NCBI GenBank assembly: GCA_035461565.1 | Contig: DATHVC010000265.1 | Span: 1-41,603 of the forward strand | DNA from: Actinomycetota bacterium | GTDB taxonomy: Bacteria > Actinomycetota > UBA4738 > HRBIN12 | Reading direction: 5' to 3' | Length of the DNA stretch: 41,603 bases | Part shown: one piece after another, positions 24,909-33,125 of the stretch | Layout: the number at the start of each line of letters is the position of its first letter | Position numbering within the stretch: the first letter of the stretch is position 1 | The notes under the pieces: model-generated | Told to the model about the DNA's origin: nothing | The model's input: the letters and a program-made list of their open reading frames with translations, nothing else | Databases searched by the model: none | Made by a program: the position numbers and the translations under genes

Positions 24909-25505
24909 GTGACCACGAGCCCTCCCACGACGCCCAGGCTTCGCGGCGTCCCCACGTTCGGGTTCGCCACTGCGGGGCTGCTCATCGGTCACGCGTTGTC
25001 CTACCTCATCGCGGTGCCCGATCCGCACCACCGCGACCTGCTGCTCCACGCCACGGGTCACGCGTACCTCCCGGTCGCGGCGCAGGCCGCGATCATCCTC
25101 GCGCTCGCCGCGGCGGCGGCGGTCGTGGCTCGCTCGTGGTCCGGCCGGGGCATCACGCCACAGGACCGGTTCGGCCGGTTGGCGTGGACCCTCGCCGTCG
25201 TCCAGATCACCGCGTTCGTGGGCCAGGAGGTCCTCGAACGCGTGCTCACGGGAATGCCGCTCGGCGATCTGGTCCACGACCTCGTGCTCCCGATCGGCAT
25301 CGGCGTGCAAGCGGCCGTCGCGCTCGTGGGCGCCGCGTTGCTTCGACTGCTCGCCCGGACCAGCGCGCGAGCCGTCCAAGGTCTGGCCCCGCGGTCGGTC
25401 CCCCCGCCCCGGCCGGCGTTCGCCGTGGCGATCGCGGCGGCCGAACGCCCCACCGTCGCCGCGGCGCTCCGGCTCCCGAACGTCCGGGCGCCCCCCTCCC
25501 TCTGA
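24909..25505 (+). CDS. His-rich polytopic membrane protein (hypothetical), first gene of the envelope/copper cluster
   Basis: About 4 TM helices (FGFATAGLLIGHALSYLIAV, AAQAAIILALAAAAAVV, LAWTLAVVQITAFVG, IGIGVQAAVALVGAALL) with several His near the helix ends. High GC3. Confidence 0.65.
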   Translation: MTTSPPTTPRLRGVPTFGFATAGLLIGHALSYLIAVPDPHHRDLLLHATGHAYLPVAAQAAIILALAAAAAVVARSWSGRGITPQDRFGRLAWTLAVVQITAFVGQEVLERVLTGMPLGDLVHDLVLPIGIGVQAAVALVGAALLRLLARTSARAVQGLAPRSVPPPRPAFAVAIAAAERPTVAAALRLPNVRAPPSL

Positions 25506-25564
25506 CGCCTCCCCCATCGTGTGCGCGACGATCGCGCCGGAGACGTCCAAGGAGGACGCCGCTC

Positions 25565-26275
25565 ATGATTCGACGATTCGCGCGGCCGATCTGGGCCGCA
25601 GTCATCCTCCCGCTCCTCGTGCTCGCGCCGACCGTGCTCCCGGCAACCGCCACGGCGCACGAGCAACACGGAGAGGGCGATCTGACCATGGTGGTGGGCT
25701 TCGGGACCGAACCCGCCTACGCCGGCCAGCCCAACAGCGTCCAGCTGGTCCTGGAACACGACGGGGAACCCGTCACCGATCTCGGCAACACCCTGGACGT
25801 GGAGGTCGGATTCGGCGACCAGTCGATGGCCCTCGAGCTCGAACCGTTCTTCGGGCCGGGGTTCGGGACCCCCGGCGATTACCGAGCGTGGTTCATCCCG
25901 AGCACGCCCGGGCGGTACTCGTTCCACCTGTCCGGGCAGATCGAGGGAGAAGGCGTCGACGAGACCTTCACCTCCGGCCCGGACACGTTCAGCGACGTCC
26001 TGGACCCCTCAGAGCTCACCTTCCCGGAGGCCAACGCGCCGAGCACCGCCGACCTCGCCACCCGGATCGAACGCGAGACCGCGCGGCTCGGCGACGAGAT
26101 CCGGGCCGTGCGTGACTCGACCTCGGACCAGACGGAGGCCGTGGCCCGCGCGGATGGGGCCGCCGACGACGCAGCGAGCGCCCGGACCCTCGGGCTCGTC
26201 GGCGTCGGCGTGGGGGCGCTCGGGCTGATGGTGGCCGCGATGGCGCTCGTGTTCGCCCGGCGCCGGACGGCGTAA
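25565..26275 (+). CDS. exported protein with predicted N-terminal His after signal cleavage and a C-terminal TM anchor (YcnI-like architecture, Ig-like domain)
   Basis: SD aaggagg lies 9 nt upstream of ATG 25565. The signal peptide ends ATATA|HEQHGEG. A beta-rich domain of about 130 aa follows ([22 protein letters not shown]), then a charged helical linker and a C-terminal TM ([26 protein letters not shown]). Confidence 0.8.
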   Translation: MIRRFARPIWAAVILPLLVLAPTVLPATATAHEQHGEGDLTMVVGFGTEPAYAGQPNSVQLVLEHDGEPVTDLGNTLDVEVGFGDQSMALELEPFFGPGFGTPGDYRAWFIPSTPGRYSFHLSGQIEGEGVDETFTSGPDTFSDVLDPSELTFPEANAPSTADLATRIERETARLGDEIRAVRDSTSDQTEAVARADGAADDAASARTLGLVGVGVGALGLMVAAMALVFARRRTA

Positions 26276-26289
26276 GGAGAGGGAGCGCA

Positions 26290-26841
26290 GTGCTCGCGCA
26301 CGCCGGCGGGGCCGACGAGTTCGCCTCGACCATGCTCGTGGCCGCCGCGGTGGTGGCCGGATGGGTCGGCGTGTCCCGGTTGCGCGGGCGCGGGTTCGGG
26401 CGGGTCCCTCCGTGGGGCGCCTGGGCGCTGGCGGCGCTCGCCCCCGCGTTCCTGGTGGTGGCCTTCGTCCTGCCGCAGCGATTGTGGCCGATACCGGATC
26501 CGACCGGTCCGAGACCGTCGTCGACCGCCACGCTCTCGTTCGTCGAACCGGTCCCCGGCCAGTCCGTGACCCCGGGCGAGATGCTTCGCGTCCGTCTGGA
26601 TCTCACGGGCGCCCGGGTAGTCGAGGAGACGACGACCGAGGTCCTGCCGGACACCGGCCACCTCCACCTGTTCCTCGACGAGGACATCGTCTCGATGAGC
26701 TACGGGACCGAGCAGGAGGTGCCGCTGGGCGATCTCGATCCCGGCGTCCACCGGCTCCGAGCCGAGTTCGTCGCCGCGGACCACGCGCCGTTCCAGCCGC
26801 GGGTCGTCTCGACGGTCACGATCGTCGTGGAGGGCCAGTGA
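26290..26841 (+). CDS. membrane-anchored protein with C-terminal GHLH-motif domain (DUF4399-like?)
   Basis: Two N-terminal TM helices are followed by a domain of about 105 aa ([30 protein letters not shown]...[20 protein letters not shown]). It is a paralogue of the 28781-29200 product. SD ggagaggga upstream of GTG 26290. Confidence 0.8.
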   Translation: MLAHAGGADEFASTMLVAAAVVAGWVGVSRLRGRGFGRVPPWGAWALAALAPAFLVVAFVLPQRLWPIPDPTGPRPSSTATLSFVEPVPGQSVTPGEMLRVRLDLTGARVVEETTTEVLPDTGHLHLFLDEDIVSMSYGTEQEVPLGDLDPGVHRLRAEFVAADHAPFQPRVVSTVTIVVEGQ

Positions 26842-28772
26842 CGACGGGTGCGCGGTTCGCGCTCGCGGTCGCGGCGGTCGCCGTCGCGATGATCCCATCG
26901 GGGGCGTCCGCCCACTCGGCGCTGGAGTCCACCGATCCGGCGAACGGCGCGCTGCTCGAGACCCCGCCTGAGCGGATCGTGCTCCGGTTCACCGAACCCC
27001 CGGATCCCTCGCTCACCAACGTCGAGGTGGTGAACGCTTCCGGGGCCGCCGTCCCCGCCGAGGTGGCACAGCCGGGCGACGATCGGCACGCCGTGGTCGT
27101 CGACGTCGGCGACCTGCTCGACGACGTGTACACGGTGTCGTGGCGAGTCGTCTCGTCGGTGGACGGCCATCTCACTGCCGGAACGTTCTCGTTCGGTGTC
27201 GGGGTCTCGCCCGGCGAGGTCGCGCCGCCGGAGTCCGAGGCGGTCTCGACCCCGACACCGCTCGCCGTGGCGGGACGTTGGGGGTTGTACGCGGGCCTGG
27301 CGGCGCTTCTCGGAGCGGCGATCACGGGCCTGCTCGCGTTCGGGCCTGCCTCGGTGCGCCGGCCGTGGGTGCTCGCAGCCGCTTGGCTCGCCGCGGCGGC
27401 CGGCGTGCTCGTCATGACCCTCGAGGAGCGCGCGGTCGTCGGGGTCCCGCTCGGAACGTTGCTCCAGTCCGAGGCCGGAGCGACGTACCTACGGCTGGCC
27501 GTGGCGGTGGCCCTCGCCGGGATCGCCACGCTGGTCGTGACGCTCCGGCCGTCGACCGCGACGTTGACGGTGCTGGCGGCCACGGCCGGGCTCGCCATCG
27601 GCTTTCGAGCCGACGGCGGGCACGCCGGCGGGTCGGCCACGCAGGCCGTTCTCCAGGGTCTGCACTTCGCGGCGGTCGCGGCGTGGATCGGCGGCCTGGT
27701 CTGGTTGGTGCTGGCGGTGCGCCGCTCCGCCGACGCCGCCGAGGTCCGCCGGTACTCGAACGTCGGCGCCGTGGGGCTCGGCGTCCTGCTCGTGACCGGG
27801 CTGCTCCGGGCGACGGACGAGCTCGGGGGGCCGGGATGGTGGTTCCGCGCGTTCGACAACGACTACGGCACGGCGCTCGTCCTGAAGCTCGCCGTGGTCG
27901 TCCCCACGATCGGCCTCGGGGCGGTCAACCGGTTCCGGAACGTCCGGCGCTACCCATCGCTCGGCCCCAAACCCATGCTGCGGACGGTCGGCGGCGAGCT
28001 GGTCCTGGCGGCCGGGGTGCTGGCGTTGACGGGCGTGGTGACCGGCCTGCCGCCGGAGGGCGGCGGAGCCCCCGCCGGCGACCGCGCGGCCGGGCCGCTC
28101 GTGGTGACGGCTTCGGACTTCGCCACCACGACCCGCGTCCGGCTGGAGATCGCACCCGGCACGGTCGGGCCGAACGCGTTCGAGGCCGAGATCACCGACT
28201 ACGACACGGGGGAACCCGTCGACGCCCGCCGAGTGGCGCTCACGTTCCGCCAGGCCGGGCGGCCGGACGCCGGGTCCACGGTCGAGCTCGCGCGCGGGGA
28301 GCACACGTGGCAGGCCGGCGCGACCGCGCTGTCGATCCAGGGGATCTGGGAGGTGGACGTCCTGGTGGAGGCGTCGTCGACCTCGGTCGAGGTGCCCCTG
28401 CTGGTGGCGGTGGCGCCGCCCGGCCAGCGAGTCGAGGTGACCCGGACCGAAGGCCAGCCCGAGCTGCACACCTTCGATGTGAGCGGCGGCACGCTCCAGG
28501 TGTACGTCGACCCCGGCGAGCCCGGACGTACGAACCAGCTGCACGTCACGGCGTTCGACCCCGGCGGCTTCGAACGCCCGCTCGACGATGTGGCCGTGCT
28601 CGTCCGTTCTCCCGATGGGGAGGCCGAGCTCGTGGAGCCCGACCCGCTTTCCCCCGGGCACGTCGTGGTGAACGTGACGCTCGATGCGGGGATCACCGGG
28701 TTCGCGGTGGACGCCACGACGGAGGACGGCGAGCGGATCGTGGCAATGTTCGAGCAGCGATTCGAGGAATGA
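26838..28772 (+). CDS. CopC-CopD fusion protein with C-terminal Ig-like (YtkA/FixH-like) repeats (YcnJ-like)
   Basis: The signal peptide ends SGASA|[13 protein letters not shown] (CopC N-terminal His), with W.V.S.DGH closing the CopC domain. The CopD region is multi-TM ([15 protein letters not shown]). About 230 aa of soluble C-terminus contains two similar beta-rich segments. GTG 26838 overlaps the upstream stop (GTGA). Confidence 0.88.
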   Translation: MTTGARFALAVAAVAVAMIPSGASAHSALESTDPANGALLETPPERIVLRFTEPPDPSLTNVEVVNASGAAVPAEVAQPGDDRHAVVVDVGDLLDDVYTVSWRVVSSVDGHLTAGTFSFGVGVSPGEVAPPESEAVSTPTPLAVAGRWGLYAGLAALLGAAITGLLAFGPASVRRPWVLAAAWLAAAAGVLVMTLEERAVVGVPLGTLLQSEAGATYLRLAVAVALAGIATLVVTLRPSTATLTVLAATAGLAIGFRADGGHAGGSATQAVLQGLHFAAVAAWIGGLVWLVLAVRRSADAAEVRRYSNVGAVGLGVLLVTGLLRATDELGGPGWWFRAFDNDYGTALVLKLAVVVPTIGLGAVNRFRNVRRYPSLGPKPMLRTVGGELVLAAGVLALTGVVTGLPPEGGGAPAGDRAAGPLVVTASDFATTTRVRLEIAPGTVGPNAFEAEITDYDTGEPVDARRVALTFRQAGRPDAGSTVELARGEHTWQAGATALSIQGIWEVDVLVEASSTSVEVPLLVAVAPPGQRVEVTRTEGQPELHTFDVSGGTLQVYVDPGEPGRTNQLHVTAFDPGGFERPLDDVAVLVRSPDGEAELVEPDPLSPGHVVVNVTLDAGITGFAVDATTEDGERIVAMFEQRFEE

Positions 28773-28780
28773 GGGGGACC

Positions 28781-29200
28781 ATGCGCAGGACGATCCTGAC
28801 GGTCGGGCTGTCGGCAGCGCTCGCGCTGGGAGCGTGCGGCGATTCGGACGGATCCGATCCGGCCGGGCCGGTGCCGATCGAGCGTCCGAACAGCACGGCC
28901 GAGCTCGAGATCCTCGAGCCCGCGGCCGCCTCGGTCGTCGAGGGGTCCACGGTGCGGCTCCGCATCCGCCTCGAGGGTGCCAGGATCGTGCCCGAAACGA
29001 CCACGGACGTGGTCCCGGACGAGGGGCACCTGCACGTGATGCTGGACGAGGAGCTCATCTCGATGACCGAAGGGCTCGATCAATCGATCCCGGACGTGGC
29101 ACCGGGACCACATCGGATCACCGTCGAGTTCGTGGCGAGCGACCACGCGCCGTTCGACCCGCGGGTCGTGGCGATCACGACGTTCGAGGTGGCGCCGTGA
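28781..29200 (+). CDS. lipoprotein with GHLH-motif domain (paralogue of 26290-26841)
   Basis: Lipobox LALGAC. The domain GARIVPETTTDVVPDEGHLHVMLDEELISM...HRITVEFVASDHAPFDPRVV aligns residue for residue with the 26290 gene product. SD gaggggg upstream of ATG 28781, with an alternative ATG at 28769. Confidence 0.85.
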   Translation: MRRTILTVGLSAALALGACGDSDGSDPAGPVPIERPNSTAELEILEPAAASVVEGSTVRLRIRLEGARIVPETTTDVVPDEGHLHVMLDEELISMTEGLDQSIPDVAPGPHRITVEFVASDHAPFDPRVVAITTFEVAP

Positions 29201-29760
29201 CGCCGGCTCGGATGTTCCGGCGGCAGGAAGCCGCGGTCGCGTTCACCCTGCTGGGTGCGACGGCGCTGCTGCTCGCCCGTCCGTACGTGACGCCGGCGCC
29301 AACGGTCCGGCTGTGGTCGTTCGCGGCCGGGTACGTCGCGATCGGGCTCGCCGCGCTGGCCGTCCCCACGCCCGAGGACCGGACCCGCCCGCTGCCTGCG
29401 GGACTCGCGCTCGCCGCCGGCGCCGTGGGCCTGGCCGCCGCCTCCCTGGCCGCGGGTCCGTCCGCGCCCGTCCCGTGGGGACCCGGAGCCCTGCCCGTGG
29501 CGATCCTCGCGGCCGTGGCCGAGGAGGCGTTGTTCCGGCGGGCCGCCTACGGCCGGCTGGCCCGGTTCGGCCCGGGGGTGGCCGTCATTGGCACGGCCGT
29601 CGCGTTCGGGCTCGTGCACCTGCCCGCCTACGGGGTGGCGGCGCTGCCGGTCGACCTCGGGGCCGGCTTGTTGTTCTCGTGGCAGCGCTGGGCCTCGGGC
29701 ACGTGGCTGGTGCCGGCCGCCACCCACGCGGCGGCGAACCTCCTGGTGGTGCTGGCGTGA
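29197..29760 (+). CDS. CPBP (CAAX/Abi) family intramembrane metalloprotease
   Basis: The three CPBP motifs are present: AEEALFRR (EExxxR), AFGLVH (FxxxH) and THAAANL (HxxxN). Multi-TM. GTG 29197 overlaps the upstream stop (GTGA). Confidence 0.8.
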   Translation: MTPARMFRRQEAAVAFTLLGATALLLARPYVTPAPTVRLWSFAAGYVAIGLAALAVPTPEDRTRPLPAGLALAAGAVGLAAASLAAGPSAPVPWGPGALPVAILAAVAEEALFRRAAYGRLARFGPGVAVIGTAVAFGLVHLPAYGVAALPVDLGAGLLFSWQRWASGTWLVPAATHAAANLLVVLA

Positions 29761-31001
29761 GGCGGCTGGTCGCGGTCGCTGCGGTGGGGTCCCTGCTCAC
29801 CCTCGCCGCGTGCGAGACACGGGAGCCGGCCCTGCGGGTCGGCGCCGTGTATCCGCTGTCGGGCACGCAGGGGCCGGGCGGCATCGAAGAATACCGAGGC
29901 GTCGAGGTGGCGGCCGAGCTCGCGAACGAGGACGGCGGCGTCCACGGGCGCGGGATCCAGCTCGTCCCCGTGGACGTGCCCGGCGGCGATGCCGCGCCGG
30001 GCGCGATCGCGGACCTGGCCGACCGGGGAGTCGAGATCGTCCTGGGCAGCTACGGCAGCACGATCTCGGCGCCGGCGGCCGAGGCGGCGGCCGGCCGCGG
30101 GATGGTGTTCTGGGAGACGGGCGCTGTCGGCGAGATGACCGGCGCCGCCGCCGGCGAGCTCGTGTTCCGCTTCGCCCCCACCGGCGCGGTCCTCGGCCGC
30201 AACGCCATCGAGTTCGTCGCCGACCGATACGCGCCGCTGCTCGGCCGCGACCCGGCGGAGCTCCGCTACGCCGTGACGTTGGTGGACGACGCGTACGGGC
30301 GAGCGGTGGCGCGAGGCGCGCTCGACGAGCTCCGGGCCCGCGGGTACGTCCTGGCGGCCGAGCTCGCGTACGACCCACGGCGGGTCGACATGGAGCAGCT
30401 CGTGTCCGAGCTCGCCGCCACCGATCCCGACGTGGTGTTCGTGTCCGCCTACCTCGAAGACGCCGTGGCGATGCGCCGCGAGATGGTGGCTCAGGGGCTC
30501 GACCTGCTCGCGGGGATCGGGACGTCCTCGAGCTACTGCATGCCGCAGTTCGGCGCCGAGCTCGGCGAGGAGGCCGTGGGCCTGTTCGCGTCGGACAAGC
30601 CGGATCAGGGCGCGCTCGACCCGAGCGGGCTCACGCCCGAAGGTCGGGCGCTGCTCGAACGAGCCGGCGATGCCTACGCGGAGCGGTTCGGCGAGCCGAT
30701 GAGCGCGGCGGCGCTGGCCGGGTTCTCCGCGGCGTGGGCGTTGTTCGCCGAGGTGCTTCCGGGCGCGGACCGTCTCGATGCGGCGGCGGTGGCCCGGGCC
30801 GCGAACGCCACCGACCTGCCGGAGGGATCCCTTCCGAACGGGAGCGGGCTGCGGTTCGGACCGACCGGCTCGGCCACGGCGGGCGACAACGTCCTGGCCT
30901 CGAGCCTCATCTGGCAATGGCAGTCCGCCCGGGCGCCGAGCGCGGTGTGGCCGCCTCGGTTCGCCACACGGCCGATCGAACGGATCGACCCCCTGCCGTG
31001 A
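29757..31001 (+). CDS. solute-binding lipoprotein, LivJ/branched-chain-amino-acid-binding (type I PBP) family, orphan
   Basis: Lipobox LTLAAC. RVGAVYPLSG..G..G and IVLGSYGS are typical of Peripla_BP_6. No permease or ATPase genes are adjacent. GTG 29757 overlaps the upstream stop (GTGA). Confidence 0.8.
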   Translation: MRRLVAVAAVGSLLTLAACETREPALRVGAVYPLSGTQGPGGIEEYRGVEVAAELANEDGGVHGRGIQLVPVDVPGGDAAPGAIADLADRGVEIVLGSYGSTISAPAAEAAAGRGMVFWETGAVGEMTGAAAGELVFRFAPTGAVLGRNAIEFVADRYAPLLGRDPAELRYAVTLVDDAYGRAVARGALDELRARGYVLAAELAYDPRRVDMEQLVSELAATDPDVVFVSAYLEDAVAMRREMVAQGLDLLAGIGTSSSYCMPQFGAELGEEAVGLFASDKPDQGALDPSGLTPEGRALLERAGDAYAERFGEPMSAAALAGFSAAWALFAEVLPGADRLDAAAVARAANATDLPEGSLPNGSGLRFGPTGSATAGDNVLASSLIWQWQSARAPSAVWPPRFATRPIERIDPLP

Positions 31002-31792
31002 TCCGCCGCCGAGCGGTCGCGTGGGGCATCGTCGTCGTCGCGGTCTACGCCGTGACCGCGATCGTGTCCGGTCACCTGAGCGTTCTGGCCCGGCGGCCGC
31101 TGCTCGACGGGCTCGTACCGCCGACGCCGTACCGGTGGGCGGAACCGCCGCCCGAGCTCGCCGCGTCCAACCTGGATCCCACCCCCTGTGCGTTCGAGGT
31201 CGAGCTCGGCCGCCCCGGCACCGACACCACCGTGCTCACGACCGAGGACGTGCAGGTGACGCTCGTGATGCCGCGCGGGGCGTTCGAGGCGGTGGAGGGC
31301 GAACGCGCCGTGGCCGTTCGCCTGGAGCCGCTCCCCCCCTCGGCGGTGACCGAACCGGGTGGGGACCGGGCCATCCTCGGCAACGTCTACCGGATCGAGG
31401 CCGAATACGTCCCCTCGGGCAACCCCGCCGAGCTCGCCGAGGAGGTGCGAGCCATCCTCGTCTACCCGTTCGTCTCGAACGACCACGGCGGCCACGAGCT
31501 GCTCGTCTCCCCCGACGGGACGGCGTGGGAGGCCGTGGAGACGAACGACCTGCCGAGCATCCAGCAGGCCGACGGGCCGATCGGCGAGCTCGGCTACGTG
31601 ACCGTCGGCCGCGACCCCACGAGGGCGTCCTCCCCGCAGGACGACGGACCGTCGTCGGTCGCGGTGGTCGCGGCGGCGGGGGCGTTGATCGCCCTGGCCG
31701 TCGGCGTGGCCGTGCTCCTGTGGCCGCGCAAACGGCCGGCGCGCACACCGACGCGCGCGTCAGGATCCGCGACGAAACGCACGAAGCGTTAG
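30998..31792 (+). CDS. hypothetical membrane protein (N- and C-terminal TM, central extracytoplasmic domain)
   Basis: N-terminal TM (WGIVVVAVYAVTAIV), a central domain of about 190 aa, a C-terminal TM (VAVVAAAGALIALAVGVAVLLW) and a basic tail. GTG 30998 overlaps the SBP stop (GTGA). Confidence 0.7.
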   Translation: MIRRRAVAWGIVVVAVYAVTAIVSGHLSVLARRPLLDGLVPPTPYRWAEPPPELAASNLDPTPCAFEVELGRPGTDTTVLTTEDVQVTLVMPRGAFEAVEGERAVAVRLEPLPPSAVTEPGGDRAILGNVYRIEAEYVPSGNPAELAEEVRAILVYPFVSNDHGGHELLVSPDGTAWEAVETNDLPSIQQADGPIGELGYVTVGRDPTRASSPQDDGPSSVAVVAAAGALIALAVGVAVLLWPRKRPARTPTRASGSATKRTKR

Positions 31793-32949
31793 CAGACCTG
31801 CGACAGGAGCGGCCACGGGTTCACCGCGCCGTTGCCGAGCATCGAATACCCATACGGGCTGACCGGCCAGTTGCTCGGAATGACGTTCGGGTGCCACTCG
31901 AAGTGGTTGTGTGGCGTGCTGGCGTTCCCGGTCGTCCCCACGTAGCCGATGATCTGCCCGGCCTGGACGGGGCCGGTCACACCCGGCGCCATCAGATGCG
32001 CGTTGTAGGTGTAGCCGTGTTCGCCGTGGACGTAGACGGCGTAGCCGCCGAGTGAGCTCGTGGAGATCCGAGCGTACCCGTCGAACGTGGCCCGGATGGC
32101 CGTGCCCTGCGGCGCCATGATGTCGTTGCCCGCGTGCGGGTGGTACCCGCCCCCGTACCGGGGCGCGCCGAACCCGTCGTAGGCGGCCCGCGGCGGGTCG
32201 ACCGGGCACACCTTGAAGACGCCGTCCGCGTAGAACTTCACCTGGGAGAGCGCGGCGAGCTCGCGCTTGTACTTCTTCTCCAGGTCCTCCACCAGCTCGG
32301 CGGCCCGCGCCTTCTTGACCTCGAGGTCGTCCAGGACCGACTGCTGCTCGGCGAGCTTGGCGTCCAGCGCGGCCTGTTCGATCTCGACCGCACGGAGCGC
32401 ATCGGCCGCCTTGGCCTGGAGCTTCTCCTGCGCCTCCTTCTTCGCGGTGAGGGCGTTCCGGAGGTTCTGCACCTCGGTGGCGAGGTCGGAGTCGGTTTCA
32501 TTCAGAGCGTTCATGAACTCGACCCGGGCGGACAGGTCGACGATCGAGGTGGCCCCCAGCAGGAACTCCAGGTCGCTGCCCGGCCCCACGATGAACGTCT
32601 GGCGCGCCCGCTCCTCGAGCTCCCCCCGGAGCGACTCGAAGTCCCACCGGGCCTGCTGGAGCTGGAGTCGAGTGTTCCGCAGCTCCTCCGTGATCTGCTC
32701 GTACCGGCCCTGGGCCTCGGTCAGACGCTGGGCGATCTCGGCGGCCTCGAGCTGGAGGGTCTGGAGGACTCCCTGCTGCGCCTCGATCTGGTCCACCAGG
32801 CGCTCGAACTCGGCCTCGGCCGCCTCCAGCTTCTCCTCCGTCTGCGCACCGGCCGTCGCGGACAACGAGGCCAACAACACCGCGGCCAGGACCGCGATCA
32901 GGACGCGGCCCACCACGCCTCGGGTGGTGTCTCTCGAGCTGTCGGCCAT
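31789..32949 (-). CDS. M23-family metallopeptidase with N-terminal signal/anchor and coiled coil
   Basis: C-terminal M23 motifs are present (HAGNDI, G.V.YVGTTGNASTPHNHFEW). The N-terminal half is a Glu/Leu/Gln-rich coiled coil following a TM/signal segment (RVLIAVLAAVLLASLSATAGA). I prefer ATG at 32949 (MADSSRD). Confidence 0.88.
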   Translation of the reverse strand: MADSSRDTTRGVVGRVLIAVLAAVLLASLSATAGAQTEEKLEAAEAEFERLVDQIEAQQGVLQTLQLEAAEIAQRLTEAQGRYEQITEELRNTRLQLQQARWDFESLRGELEERARQTFIVGPGSDLEFLLGATSIVDLSARVEFMNALNETDSDLATEVQNLRNALTAKKEAQEKLQAKAADALRAVEIEQAALDAKLAEQQSVLDDLEVKKARAAELVEDLEKKYKRELAALSQVKFYADGVFKVCPVDPPRAAYDGFGAPRYGGGYHPHAGNDIMAPQGTAIRATFDGYARISTSSLGGYAVYVHGEHGYTYNAHLMAPGVTGPVQAGQIIGYVGTTGNASTPHNHFEWHPNVIPSNWPVSPYGYSMLGNGAVNPWPLLSQVC

Positions 32950-32965
32950 GGGAAAGGGCCCTTTG

Positions 32966-32993
32966 CTTATCGAACCCCGTCGGCCTGTGTCAA
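32966..32993 (-). promoter_or_regulatory. candidate promoter TTGACA-N16-GATAAG upstream of the M23 peptidase gene
   Basis: On the minus strand, TTGACA sits at 32993-32988 and GATAAG at 32971-32966. A perfect 12-bp palindrome AAAGGGCCCTTT (32953-32964) lies between the -10 element and the ATG. Confidence 0.35.
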
Positions 32994-33125
32994 CCGCGGG
33001 CGGGTCGAGCGTGCCGTCTTGGGACCCCCGATGCAATCACCCCCGGTGCCGGGAACGGGGGTCCTGAGACCCGGCGCGCACGGGCCGGGCGACGCTCGTT
33101 GCCCGAAGGGGGAACCGCGAGGGGT

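Noticed and set aside
23696-25564. Upstream 620 aa of the 859-aa ORF 23696-26275 (and the 552-aa minus ORF 23892-25550)
   Set aside because: This ORF is a run-on across the GT4 3' end, the hbd gene (antisense) and the 24909 gene (off-frame). Only the last 236 codons, from ATG 25565 with its SD, have protein-like composition.
27140-28780. Upstream part of the 686-aa ORF 27140-29200, and the minus-strand ORFs 26816-27859, 27489-28661 and 28199-29146
   Set aside because: These are off-frame or antisense to the CopC-CopD gene, whose TM-helix pattern and CopC motifs identify the true frame.
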